Shown here piece by piece: positions 34,422 through 46,415 of a DNA stretch of 64,000 nt; positions within the stretch are counted from its first letter, which is position 1; every line of letters begins with the position of its first letter. The position numbers and the translations under genes are program-made. The DNA comes from Phaeosaccion multiseriatum (taxonomy: Eukaryota > Protista > Ochrophyta, other classes): positions 3,100,001 through 3,164,000 of the forward strand of contig OZ218956.1 in NCBI GenBank assembly GCA_965112735.1. The letters are read 5' to 3'. The notes under the pieces are model-generated. The model worked only from the letters and a program-made list of their open reading frames with translations. It searched no databases and was not told the origin of the DNA.

Positions 34422-37085
34422 ATGCTAATGATGAGAGCAATGTCGTTGAGGGGGGTGGTCAGAATCTGCTACTCCTCTTGCATTGGCAGGAAAAGAAGAG
34501 GACCCGCTGCTGGACGGCGTCCCCACTCTGACTCTTTACTACATCAGCACAAGCAGCTGCCGCAGCAATGGTCCTGCTACTCCAATGGGGGAAGTGACAA
34601 GTCGAGGCAGATACGGCTCATGAGGGAGATCCAGGATCTGGGGAGGAGCAAGGATTGGAAGAGGGTTGCACCTACTCTGGAGCGCGCACGGCGAGAAGGC
34701 CTCAGGCCTAATCTGTACTGTTTGAGTGCTGCTATTACCGCGATTGGGAAGTGCGGACGGTGGAAGGGCGCTTTGGCTCTCTTGGCAGAGATGAAGAAGG
34801 AAGGCTTCAGGCCAGGCGTGATCAGTTATAACTCCACTATGTACGCATGCGCCAAAGCAAGCAAATACGAGGAGGCATTGCGTTTACTGAGGGAGATGAA
34901 GGCAGAAGGACTTGCTCCCGATGTAATCAGCTACAACGCCACCATTGACGCATGCGCCAGAGCCAGCCAACACGTGGAGGCAATGGGTTTACTGAGGGAG
35001 ATGAAGGCAGAAGGACTCGCTCCCAATGCAATCAGCTATAGCACCACCATTAACGCATGCGCCAGAGCAAGCCAACACGTGGAGGCGATGGGTTTACTGA
35101 GGGAGATGAAGGCAGAAGGACGCGCTCCAGACGTAATCAGCTACAGCGCCACCATTGACGCATGCGCCAGAGCCAGCCAGCACGTGGAGGCAATGGGTTT
35201 ACTGAGGGAGATGAAGGCAGAAGGACTCGCTCCCAACGTAATCAGCTACAGCGCCACCATTAACGCATGCGCCAGAGCAAGCCAACACTTGGAAGCAATG
35301 GGTTTACTGAGGGAGATGAAGAAGGAAGGACTCGCTCCCAATGCAATCAGCTATAGCACCACCATTAACGCATGCGCCAGAGCCAGCCAACACGTAGAGG
35401 CAATGGGTTTACTGAGGGAGATGAAGGCAGAAGGACTTGCTCCCGATGTAATCAGCTACAACGCCACCATTGACGCATGCGCCAGAGCCAGCCAACACGT
35501 GGAGGCAATGGGTTTACTGAGGGAGATGAAGGCAGAAGGACTCGCTCCCGATGTAATCAGCTACAACTCCACCATTAACGCATGCGCCAGATCCAACCAA
35601 CACGTGGAGGCATTGCGTTTACTGAGGGAGATGAAGGCAGAAGGACTCGCTCCGGGTGTAATCAGCTACAGCGGCACCATTCACGCATGCGCCAGAGCCA
35701 ACCAACACGTGGAGGCAATGGATTTACTGAGGGAGATGAAGGCAGAAGGACTCGCTCCAGACATAATCAGCTACAACGCCACCATTAACGCATGCGCCAG
35801 AGCCAACCGACACGCGGAGGCAATAGGTTTACTGAGGGAGATGAAGGCAGAAGGACTCGCTCCAGACGTTATCAGCTACAGCTCCACCATTGACGCATGC
35901 GCCAGTGCCAGCCAACACGTGGAGGCAATGGATTTACTGAGGGAGATGAAGGCAGAAGGAGTCACTCCCAATGCAATCAGCTACAACTCCACCATTGACG
36001 CATGCGCCAGAGCCAGCCGACACGCGGAGGCAATAGGTTTACTGAGGGAGATGAAGGCAGAAGGACTCGCTCCAGACGTTATCAGCTACAGCTCCACCAT
36101 TAACGCATGCGCCAAGGCCAGCCAACACGTGAAGGCAATGAGTTTACTGAGGGAGATGAAGGCAGAAGGACTCGCTCCAGACGTTATCAGCTACAGCTCC
36201 ACCATTAACGCATGCGCCAAGGTCAGCCAACACGTGGAGGCAATGAGTTTACTGAGGGAGATGAAGGCAGAAGGACTCGCTCCAGACGTAATCAGCTACA
36301 GCTCCACCATTGACGCATGCGCCAAGGCCAGCCAACACGTGGAGGCATTGGGTCTACTGAGGGAGATGAAGGCAGAAGGACTCGCTCCCAATGCAATCAG
36401 CTACAGCGCCACCATTAACGCATGCGCCCGAGCCAGCCAACACGTGGAGGCAATGGATTTACTGAGGGAGATGAAGGGAGAAGGACTTGCTCCTAATGCA
36501 ATCAACTACAGCGCCACCATAAACGCATGCGCCAGAGCCAGCCAACACGTGGAGGCAATGGATTTACTGAGGGAGATGAAGGCAGAAGGACTCGCTCCAG
36601 ACGTAATCAGCTACAGCTCCACCATTGACGCATGCGCCAAGGCCAGCCAACACGTGGAGGCATTGGGTTTATTGAGTGAGATGAAGGCAGAAGGACTCGC
36701 TCCCAATGCAATCAGCTACAGCTCCACCATTGACGCTTTGCAGGAGGGTGGCGACGAGGCGGCTGCTGACGAGCTGTACGCAGAGGCCGAATCGCAAGGG
36801 GTCTTGAAGCACTGGAAGAAGGGGGGCCAGGAAGTGGACTTGCACGACTTCACCAGGGGAACGAGCAAGGCAGCGCTTCGTCACGTGCTCTCAGAGGCGA
36901 AGGCGGGGGCTGAGATCAAGGTCATCACAGGCCGAGGCCGAGGCAGTGAGGACGGTGTCAGCGTTCTCAAGGCCGCGGTGCTGGCCTATTTGCAGGAGAG
37001 GCCGGGCGTCGAAGTATGGGAAGACAGACACAACCCGGGGATGGTGGTGATGCGAGTCACCGGTCCGGCAGCAACAGCCCTCTGA
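34422..37085 (+). CDS. P-class PPR-SMR protein, copy A (20 PPR motifs + C-terminal SMR domain), intronless, putative organellar transit peptide
   Basis: Tandem 35-aa motifs VISY(N/S)xTIxACAxASQHVEAMxLLREMKAEGLAP(D/N), with a 105-bp period from 34713 to ~36812. SMR: VDLHDF...IKVITGRGRGS...VLKAAV...NPGMVV. Arg/Ser-rich, acid-poor N-terminus. Confidence 0.95.
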   Translation: MLMMRAMSLRGVVRICYSSCIGRKRRGPAAGRRPHSDSLLHQHKQLPQQWSCYSNGGSDKSRQIRLMREIQDLGRSKDWKRVAPTLERARREGLRPNLYCLSAAITAIGKCGRWKGALALLAEMKKEGFRPGVISYNSTMYACAKASKYEEALRLLREMKAEGLAPDVISYNATIDACARASQHVEAMGLLREMKAEGLAPNAISYSTTINACARASQHVEAMGLLREMKAEGRAPDVISYSATIDACARASQHVEAMGLLREMKAEGLAPNVISYSATINACARASQHLEAMGLLREMKKEGLAPNAISYSTTINACARASQHVEAMGLLREMKAEGLAPDVISYNATIDACARASQHVEAMGLLREMKAEGLAPDVISYNSTINACARSNQHVEALRLLREMKAEGLAPGVISYSGTIHACARANQHVEAMDLLREMKAEGLAPDIISYNATINACARANRHAEAIGLLREMKAEGLAPDVISYSSTIDACASASQHVEAMDLLREMKAEGVTPNAISYNSTIDACARASRHAEAIGLLREMKAEGLAPDVISYSSTINACAKASQHVKAMSLLREMKAEGLAPDVISYSSTINACAKVSQHVEAMSLLREMKAEGLAPDVISYSSTIDACAKASQHVEALGLLREMKAEGLAPNAISYSATINACARASQHVEAMDLLREMKGEGLAPNAINYSATINACARASQHVEAMDLLREMKAEGLAPDVISYSSTIDACAKASQHVEALGLLSEMKAEGLAPNAISYSSTIDALQEGGDEAAADELYAEAESQGVLKHWKKGGQEVDLHDFTRGTSKAALRHVLSEAKAGAEIKVITGRGRGSEDGVSVLKAAVLAYLQERPGVEVWEDRHNPGMVVMRVTGPAATAL

Positions 37086-37699
37086 GCGGAAGGAGAGGCG
37101 TAGATGGATCCGTGGGGCGAAGGCAACGCAAGCGCTCAACAGCAGCAGAGTCCCACGTGTCTCGCCAGGTGTGCGTGACTGTGGCGCTGCTTGGTATGGT
37201 ATAGAGAGAAGAAGGAAGGCCTCCGATTCGCGTGAGCGAGCGGAGACTCGACTGAGTTCGGCACCAAGGTCCCTGGCACTGGGAGCAAGCGGAGGGACGG
37301 GCAAGGCGCAGACAAACTCACTAGGACAGGACAGGAGTCGCGAAGAGCAATACGCAGGAGGAGAGCGAATCGAGGGGAGGGGGGGGGGCTGGAGGCGACG
37401 GGTGACATAGGCAGCGGGGTCAATTTCCCTCTGTCTCTCTTTCTGTGTTTGTGGGGGACCAAGGACGAAGCATCAAATTTCAGCTTAGAATTGGCGTCAT
37501 AAATGAGACCCTTTCGATTGAATGATCGAATATATTAACGTAAACAGGAAGGGAGGGAAGGCGATTACGCGGCTCTTCTTCAGCGCCACCCTTGCTACTA
37601 CTGCGCCCCCACCCTCACAACATCCACAAACGCTTTCCTTCACTTCGACTAGTTATCCTGCCTCGCCTCTTGCTCCCACATCTCCTCTCTCTCGCACGT

Positions 37700-37832
37700 T
37701 ACTCCAGAGAAGGTACCTCTCGCAGGATGCAAACGATGCCCCACCTTTGGCTTCAAAGCTCGGCCGTACTCCAGAGATGTACCTCTCGCAGGATGCAAAC
37801 GATGCCCCCACCTTTGGCTCCAAAGCTCGGCC
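37700..37832. repeat. Two-copy ~66-bp direct repeat
   Basis: TACTCCAGAGA...TACCTCTCGCAGGATGCAAACGATGCCCC..CCTTTGGCT.CAAAGCTCGGCCG occurs twice. Confidence 0.88.
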
Positions 37833-38169
37833 GTCGGCGCGTCGCCGGAGGGGCAGGAGGCTACACCCCCCCCCTTACTCGTGGCTCATTTCTTTCTATA
37901 ACGCCATTCTGAAACGCCATGTTTAACTACATGTACTGTGCATATCAAGGTAGAACCCAGGGAGGCGCTGGACGCCGCCGCTGCTACTCCTACACTGCCT
38001 GCTCCTCCTCCCCCTCCTCCTCCTCCTTCAACTGCTGTATTGCCAACTTGCTGCAGCTGTATCACCAAAGCGCTGCTGCTGTATCACCAACTGCTGCATC
38101 GAACGACACACCACAGGAATCTCCTCCCCTCCCTCCCTCCCTCCCTCCCTGCCACTCCCCCTCCTCCAA

Positions 38170-39215
38170 TCAAAGCATCTGCACGTAATTGGATGGAAAG
38201 AGCCCTCGCTTGCCGAACCTCTCGCCCGTCCACCATCCACTGTCGTGCTGCTCCAAGACAGTCAACATATCGCCCGCTGCCATTGAAATCTCCGTTGCGT
38301 CCTGGGCTTCATAGGCGTACAGCGCTTTGGCCTGCTTGCCCCCCCCTGCTCCACCCCCGCCCGGAGGTGGTGGAGGAGGAGCCGCCGCACGAGGACCGCC
38401 GAAGCTGCCCCCCCCTCCTCCTCCTCCTCCTCCTCCTCCTCCTCCTCCTGCTCCTGCTCCGGCCCCTCCTCCTCCGGATCCCTTGCTCGGCTCATCCCAC
38501 CAGCTCCCTCCCGCTCCACCTCCCCCGCTCCCCATCCACGCCGCGTTGACGTTGGGTTCGTCCCTCGCTGCCGAGCTGACATCGTCCTCCCCTCCATAAC
38601 CACCTCCTCCTCCTCCTCCTCCTCTCCAGGGCTGCTCTCCCCCCCCGCCCCCGCCCGCACGCAGGTCCGCCCTACTCCCCTGAGGGGAGAGACTGCGTGG
38701 GCCCCCGCTCCCGACGGATCCGTAGTATCCCCCCCCCCCTCCTCCTCCTCCGTACCCTCCTCCCCCTGCTCCGTTGTCCATGTCAACAACAATGTCCCTC
38801 GACATGCCGTCCCTTCCAATCTTCTCTACTTCGTCGCTCACGTCCTTAGGATTCTTGAGCGTTACATCTCGGACGGTGTTGTAGGCTGCCTCGAAGAAGG
38901 TTCGCTGGGCACGCTTGAACATCTCCACCTCGGCTTGCACTAGGCGCCCTCCAATGGCGTCGTAGTAGTTGAATATCCTGCGGTTGAAGCGGAGGAGGAG
39001 GTGGGGGGGGGGGGGTGAGGAGGAGGAGGGGGAGGAGGGAGGGGGAGGGGAGGAGGCGTTGGGCGGGGGATAGCCTACACCATGGCTGGGAAGTTGAAAG
39101 CACGATAACACGCGTAAAGACAACAACCATACATAAAACACGCACCTATTCTATACACACACACACTCGTCGACATGCACACACACTTCCACACACTTCC
39201 CCACACACAAACACA

Positions 39216-39259
<44 letters not shown>

Positions 39260-39732
39260 CCTGTAAAGGCCTCGTGTGGCCTCCAGCACCCTCTGCTTGG
39301 CGGCCTCGAGCTTGGCCTGATTGCCCGTGATCTTGGTGGGGTCTGCCTTTTGGTTGTCGTGCAGGTCACGCACCTGCATATCACCAACGTGTGTGTATGT
39401 GTATGGTGGACAAAGAGATGGGAAGCGGGGGATGTTGAAGTTGAATTCATTCGGTATTGTCCGGGTGTGGAGAGAGATGGACGGACGGCCAACTGGTATA
39501 CATAACAACTGGCATACACACATGTATATATATACAATATATATATATATATACGTATATATATACGTACCTTCTTGACGTAGTGGTCATAGTCCAGCTT
39601 CATGTTGTGGCGGACCTTGATTCGCTTCAGCAGCTCGTCAAAGGGGGCGATCTTGCGATCTAAGCTGTCTAGCGCTGCTCGGATCTCGTCGTCCAGCGTC
39701 TTCCGAACGTTCTCATCGAGCTGTTTGTGTTG

Positions 39733-39767
<35 letters not shown>

Positions 39768-40940
39768 GTGTCACGTGTGACGTAGATGTCAAGGGGAAGG
39801 AAGGAAGATTGGGGCTGGGAAGTTTAGAGGAAGGAGGGAAGGAGGTGGGGGGGAGCGAGGGACAGAGGCCAAGAGAGAGAGAGAGAGAGAGACCTCAAGG
39901 CACCAAGGCGCCACGCATGGCAGCACCAGGAGAAGGAGCTGCAGGCAGAGCAGCAACAGCCTGGCGATTGTTCGGAGTACTTGGGAGTACCAACCCTCCC
40001 ACCCAGCTTCCTACCTGGAATTGCATGTTTTGGAACTCTGTGTCCCGCACATCCGCGTCGGTGCAAGCGTTGCCCAACTCGGTGCAGGAGCCGCATAGCC
40101 CTGCAACAACAACAACAACAACAACAGCAGCAGCAGCAGCAACAACAATACAAAAACAACAACAGCACCAACAAACAATAACAGCAACAACAACAATAAC
40201 AACAAAGACGACGATGACGGGTGTGTGGGTATCATGAGGATGAAGTGGTACTGCCCTACGCGAATATGAGCGCCCCCTCACTGCTTCCTTCTCTTCAACT
40301 TCAACTGCCACACATCGCCTTCGCTACACCTCACTGTCTTCCCTCACTCACTCACTCACTCAATCCGTCCCTCCCTCCCTGCCTCCCACCCTCTCTCCCC
40401 CCCCCCCCCTCCTCCCTGCCTCCCTCTCACTCACCCTTGCAAGCCTCCTGCTGAGCCTTCATGGCGTCCCTGACCTTGACGACTTTGTCCTGCAGGTCCA
40501 TCACGCGGTTCATGCGTTCGTCGAACTCCTCGTCGCCCACCTGTGATTGTGATCGTGATCGTGATTGTGATTGCATCCATCCATCGCAACAAAGATCCGT
40601 GATCAACCAGTAAGAGTCAATAGTAAAAAACAGTCCAGAAGAAGAAGAGGGGTAGCTTGATTGCAAATGGTTCGGGTTTCAGCCCATCGGGTGGGACAGC
40701 GACCCTCAGCGGGCAGCCGCTCCGACTATCCCTGTCCCTCCCGGGCCAAGAGTACACGCTCCAGGATGAAGAGCGAGGACGAGTCAAGTCAGTGGGCAGG
40801 ATGAAGAGCTAGGGAAGGTCAAGTTAGTAGAGACTGCCCCCTCTCCCCCACCTTCGACCCACGCATCTGCTGCACGAGGCGTCGCCGGCCGGTGGCGAGC
40901 TTGCTCTTGACGTTGGCGTTCTTGTTCGGGTCCTCGACAC
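38170..40940 (-). CDS. BAR domain + C-terminal SH3 protein (amphiphysin/endophilin-like); start exon unresolved
   Basis: Exons encode DEEFDERMNRVMDLQDKV, IKVRHNMKLDYDHYVKK and NQAKLEAAKQRV (BAR helices), a Gly/Pro-rich linker, and SH3 AKALYAYEAQDATEISMAAGD...GWWTGE...GLFPSNYV. Confidence 0.85.
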
Positions 40941-42333
40941 CTTCATTGGTATAGTATAGTGGGCATAGGTATGGCAGAGTAGATGTGCGCGGTCAGTGTA
41001 AGGTTTTTGGGGGGGGGGGGGGGTGAAGAACAAATCCAAGGAAAGGGTTGAAATTGGGGGAAGGGAGGTGGAAAAACATCACTGTTCCGGGCTGCTAGTA
41101 TAGTGCGTAGCCTCCCACGCGTATCTGCCCCTAATCTGATGCTTCTCATCACACGTGTCATACTTGTAGAGCGATTGTCTCTCTTTCTCTCTCTGCCTTG
41201 TTGAGAGGTGGGTGAGACCTTCCTCCCAGAAAGGCCACTCTCTCCCCCCCAACAGTCGCTAACCCTCATGTTCATGGACCCTCTTTCCGTCCCACGCTGC
41301 TCTACCCAACGCATTCCTTACACTACTCCTCTGCCCCTGCCCTTCACCATCTCCGCTGTGCCAATTTCCCTTCTGGATCCGCTCCAGTGAAGGCGAATAC
41401 CAACCTCTCCCCCCTTGGCAGACACACATCAGCCTGAATGAGTACGAGAGAGAAAGCACGGCCAGGGAACAGTGGAGCGCAATTGACGCCGTTCTTCCCC
41501 AGCGTCCTCTCCTCCTTTCCTCACAGAGGAGAAGCTACGCACCGTCGGCCCCTGGCAGCTCGGGAGGCTCGTCATATCCGTCCACCTCGCCGTCCCTGCT
41601 TCCCTTCTTCTTGCGTGAGAACATGATCAGAGGAGGGAGTGTCTTGGACAAAGGCAAAGACTACGCACACGTCTCTATCCACCCTCTCTTTACAATGAAG
41701 AGAGCTTTGAAATTAGTTAACGTTCTCAACAAACCCAGGGGGGCCTTGGCGGTTGGTCATTTTTGTCGATTTGCCTCATTATCTTCGCCACTGGAGCTAG
41801 GGAGAGCGCTCCACAGAAGAAGGAGGACGCAGAGAGACAAGGGTGAGTAGTAGGGATTCGCACGAGGAGTGAGTCGGGTCTCTCGGCCGAGGAGGCCGAG
41901 GAAAGGGGCACGGTGGCTCTGCAGGAGGAACGGGCAAGGGGAAAGATCGCCAGTCTTCTCTCCTCCTTGGAAAGGGCGCCTGCCTCTCAATCGCCGCCCC
42001 CCCTGCCCCCTTCTCCCTACCTCCAAGTATCTACTCTACCCAACCTCATTCCCATTGCTATTCACGTCCTCTCCTTCCCGGAAGTCAGGTCTTCCCGTGG
42101 ACCGCAATTCCTCCAACCCCACCTGCTTTTGAACACGAGTACGTGGAGAACACTAGTCTAACTGGCTGCGCCCTTCACCTCTGGAACATGTCCGTACACC
42201 CCCACACCTCTGCTTGCAGGCTATTGCGGCTACCTTTGACTCCGTATTTCTCCCCGGAGAAGACAGGGAAGGGGGAAGGAGGGTGGCAGTGGAGACGTTG
42301 GGATAGCAGGAGGTTGAGCTTGTGAAAGCTACC

Positions 42334-45300
42334 ATGGCTGCCACAGGCATGGATCTCTCCAGCCACATGGAGGCACTGCGAAGGCGGGCGCAGGCCAATC
42401 AGGGCCTGCAGCCTGAAGAATCGCAGGAAGGGGAGTACGAGGATGAGCAGCAGGGGGAGGGCAGCGAGGGGTCGCAGCAAAGTAATGGTGGCGAAGCGGT
42501 GGACGGAGAGGAGGAGATGGAACAGGAGAAGGAAAACAGCTCCTACGGTGGACGTACGATGCGGCCGACTAAGGCTAGAGGAAGGACCACAAGGAGCGGC
42601 AATGTCTACGGCTGTCCAACCGCTGGAAGTGCACCAGCAGCAGACACGGCAGCAGATGGTGACCTCGCCAAGGAAGAGGAAGCCCCAGTTGACGTCCTTT
42701 CCAAGTGGAAGAACCGCCAACAGCAGCAGCAGCAACAGCAGCAACACAAGAAGAAGAACAAGAAGTCCCCACCCCCCGCCGACTCAGACAGGGTGACTTC
42801 CCCCCCCGGGCCCTCTGGCGGAGAAGGAGCACCCACGGCGGCTGACCAGCAGCAAGGAGACGCCGCACTGCCTCCTGCTCCCCCCGTGCCAAAGCGACCG
42901 CAGGGCGTGACGCAGCAGTACAGAGTCAACAACAGCGACGACAACGGCAGTGGTGACACCACCTCCACCACCAACACCACCACAGCACCCGCCGATGATG
43001 ACGAGAAGACCACCACCTCGGCTACCGAGCACGTGGCTGCTACTAGCGGCACTCCTCCTGCAACTACGAGCACCAGTACCAGCCCGGCTCTTTCGGCAGG
43101 AGCAGGGGCAGAAGCTGCTGCTGCGGCAGCTGTGGCCGTCTATCTTCGCATTCGGCCCCCCGGGGTCGTGGATGGTGACCTTGACACTGTCTCCAACACC
43201 AGGACGTATGAAGTGCTGAAGGAGGAGGGGGAGGGAGGAGGAGGAGGAGGAGGAGGAGGCGGCGGGGCACTGGAGGAGAAGAAGGACAAGAAGAAGAATG
43301 TGATCCTTGCTGCCTCTCCACCAACGGCCTCCATCGCAGGCCGCACTCGGGGCGGGGCGCAGAAGAAGGAGTACACGTTTAGCGGCGTGTTTCAACCCGG
43401 AACAAGGCAGGAAGATGTGTATGATACGGCAGCCAAGGTGAGTGAGGGCACAGGGCAGGGCAGTTGGTGATACAGGGCAGGGGGCAGGGTAGAGGAGGCA
43501 CAGCAGGGGCAAGAGAATTGGAGAGAGGCGACGTGGAAGGGGTGAAGGGTATGGAAGGAGAAAGACGGAGACAAGATTTCGATATCCTTGCCGCTCGTAC
43601 TCCCCGCTCTCACTCTCCTACAACTGTCTCCTACCTTCACTCCCCACCCCCCCCCCCCCCCCGGGTCCCCCATCCACTGCCTTCTTCAGCCCCTCGTGGA
43701 GGACATGTTCCGTAGCGGCACGAACGGGCTCCTCTTCGCCTACGGAATGACCAACGCCGGCAAGACCTTCACCACCCTCGGGGATGCGGCAAACCCAGGC
43801 CTCTTGCCCCGGGCCCTGCGCCACATCTTTGAGCGCATCGCCGACTGCAACAACAGCGCTGCCGACAGTACTGGTGATGGCGCAGTTGGTGATACAGGCC
43901 CGATGCGGGTGGAGATGTCGTACCTGGAGATTTACAATGAAAACGTCTTCGACCTCTTGGCCAAAGAGGTGAGCCAGCCTGAAACCGAAACTGAAACCGA
44001 CCTCCCCCCCCCCTGCTCCTGCTCCTACTGCTGTGCACTGCGATCAACCCAGCTAATTACTAATCAACGCTCGACCCCCTCTTTCCCCTTTCCACACGCG
44101 TGACTGCTTGTCGATGATCAATACCACCACCCAACGCAAACGCCCCAACCAAAGCAGAGAGGAGGAGCAGCAGCAGCAGGAGGAGGAGGAGACGAAGCCA
44201 ACAACAACACCAGCAATATGAAGCCTCGAGAGCCTCTCAAGCTGCAGGACCGAGGCGGCCGTATCGAGCCCAAGAGTTTGAGCCACCATGGCATCGACAG
44301 CGCGGAGGAGGGGCTGCAGCTGGTGGCGAGAGGGGCCAAGAACAGGGCAATGGGCTCCACTCACATGAATGAGGGCTCCTCCAGATCGCACTGGTACGTC
44401 AACGGATCTTAACGGATCTTGAGGGGCGTGTAGGGGTGTGGGTGGGTAGGTAGGTAGCTTCAGTTTCGTTGTATTCAACCTCCAACACCATCAAGAGTGA
44501 GGCTGAGCTCACTACTAGTCGCCCTCCCTACCTTCCTACCTTCAAGACTCGGATGTGATGGCGAGCGACTGGGCTGCTTGTTCCCTCCCTCCTGTCTGCC
44601 TGCCCCTCTCTTCCCCTTCCTTTTCTGCACTCATTCCACCCTTATGCATCATAGCTGTGAGCAGAGCATTGTCTGCCTCCCTCCCTCTGTCTGACCACCA
44701 CCACCTCCTCCTCCTCCTCCTCCTCCTCCTTTGCCTCGCTCTTCTCCTCCCTCCCTTTCTTTCCCTCCCCTTCTTCTCTTTCTACAGCGTCTGCACGGTC
44801 GAGCTCAAGGGCGGGTCCGTCGACGGCACAGTGCTGTGGATCGTGGACCTTGCCGGCAGCGAGAGGGGCTCACGCACAGGGGCCAAGGGGGCGCAGCAGA
44901 AGGAGGCCAACAATATCAACCAGTCTCTCACCACACTTTGGCGCTGCATGTCCATGATGCGCAAGAATCAGCAGCTCAGCAAGAGCGCCAAGCTCAACAG
45001 GTGATGGAAGGGGGAGGGACAGAGTGTATGCATAGTGTGTGTGTGTGTGTACATGTGTGCTGGTTCTGTTTGTGTTGAGTCGCTGGTGACTGACTACCTG
45101 ACTGTGGGTTGGGGTTGAGAATTATAGCTCAATCGATCGATTGAACTGTGCACGTGCGTGCGTGTGCGTGCACCCACCCCCACACCCTACCCCCTAATCT
45201 CCCCTCCCCTCCCCCTGACCCTCCGACCCTCTGACCCTCCTTTGACAGGAGCCAAGTGGTGCCCTTTCGCGACAGCAAGTTGACGTACCTCTTCATGAAC

Positions 45301-45678
45301 CACCTGTCGGGCTCGAGCAGCGGTAGGACGGTCATGATCGTCAACATCAACCCCTCCTGCGACGACTTTGACGAGACACAGTACGGTGAGTGAGTGAGTG
45401 AGGGAGGGAGAGAGAGAGTGGGTGAGGGACTGAGTGAATGGGTGGCTGAGGGAAGAGTGTGGGTGACTCCAGAGACAGAGGGGAGGCGCATGGGCTCGCA
45501 GAGGGGGGTGCAAGACGACCGAAATAACGAGGAAGAGAGGGAAGATTGTCTGACATGACCACGTCTGACACGCTCAGCCTCCGTCTGTCGCACCCTCCGA
45601 CGATCGCCGTTCAACCCCCGTCTCTCTCTGTCTCTTCCTCCCTCCGATGCACCCTCTCCCCCCTCCCCCTCTTTCTCC

Positions 45679-45709
<31 letters not shown>

Positions 45710-46384
45710 CTCCCTCTACTCACTACTCCTTTCACAGTGCTCTCAAACAGCGCCATTGCACAAGAGGTCAAAACCGTCAAAGACACCGCCGCTACCTCTC
45801 GCTACGCTCAGCTCACCTCCTCCGGCTACGGCAACAACGGACGCAAGATCTCCTCCAAGCTCAATGCATACACCGCCCACCTCAACGCCAAGAGCGGCAA
45901 CAGCAACTCGTACCGCTCCAACCGATCGCCCTTCAAAAAGCAGCAGCCTTCGAGGGGCGGGGCGCTGCTCAACAAGGGCCCCATGCTGGGTACCAGTGGT
46001 CGGCGCCGTAGCAGCGTGCACAAGGGTGGACCTGTCGTAGTTGGGGGAGGAGGAGGAGGAGGAGGAGGAGGAGGAGAGGGTTGGCTGCTGAGTCGTCCCA
46101 GTGTGGGTAAGGCGAGTCGGAGCCGCGTGAGTCTTGGCAAGGCGAGCAGCTCCAGCGCGATGCTCATGCTTCAAGCGCAGCAGAGGGAGAGGCTGAGGAA
46201 GGCACAGGAGCGGCAGGAGAGAGCTTCTCTCGCCATGGAGGAGGACGAGGAGGTGGTGGAGGAAGAGGAGGAAGAGGTGGATGAGTCCACATCACGAGGA
46301 GTAGGAGAGGGCAAGGCGTTTGGGCATGGTGTCAAGGAGGAGGAGTGGAGGAGGGAGTTTGAACATTCTACCGCACAAACCAGC

Positions 46385-46415
<31 letters not shown>

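Noticed and set aside
34713-36812. Regular 105-bp array that might look like a CRISPR array or satellite
   Set aside because: No unique spacers, the period is a multiple of 3, and it translates to canonical PPR motifs; eukaryotic context with no cas genes.
37009-37026. Sequence TCGAAGTATGGGAAGA in the PPR-SMR gene's own 3' end resembles the predicted target UYGAAGUNGUAUGGAAGA (autoregulation?); a similar partial match lies at ~58379
   Set aside because: Needs indels, which PPR binding tolerates poorly, and the protein is probably organellar. Treated as coincidence.
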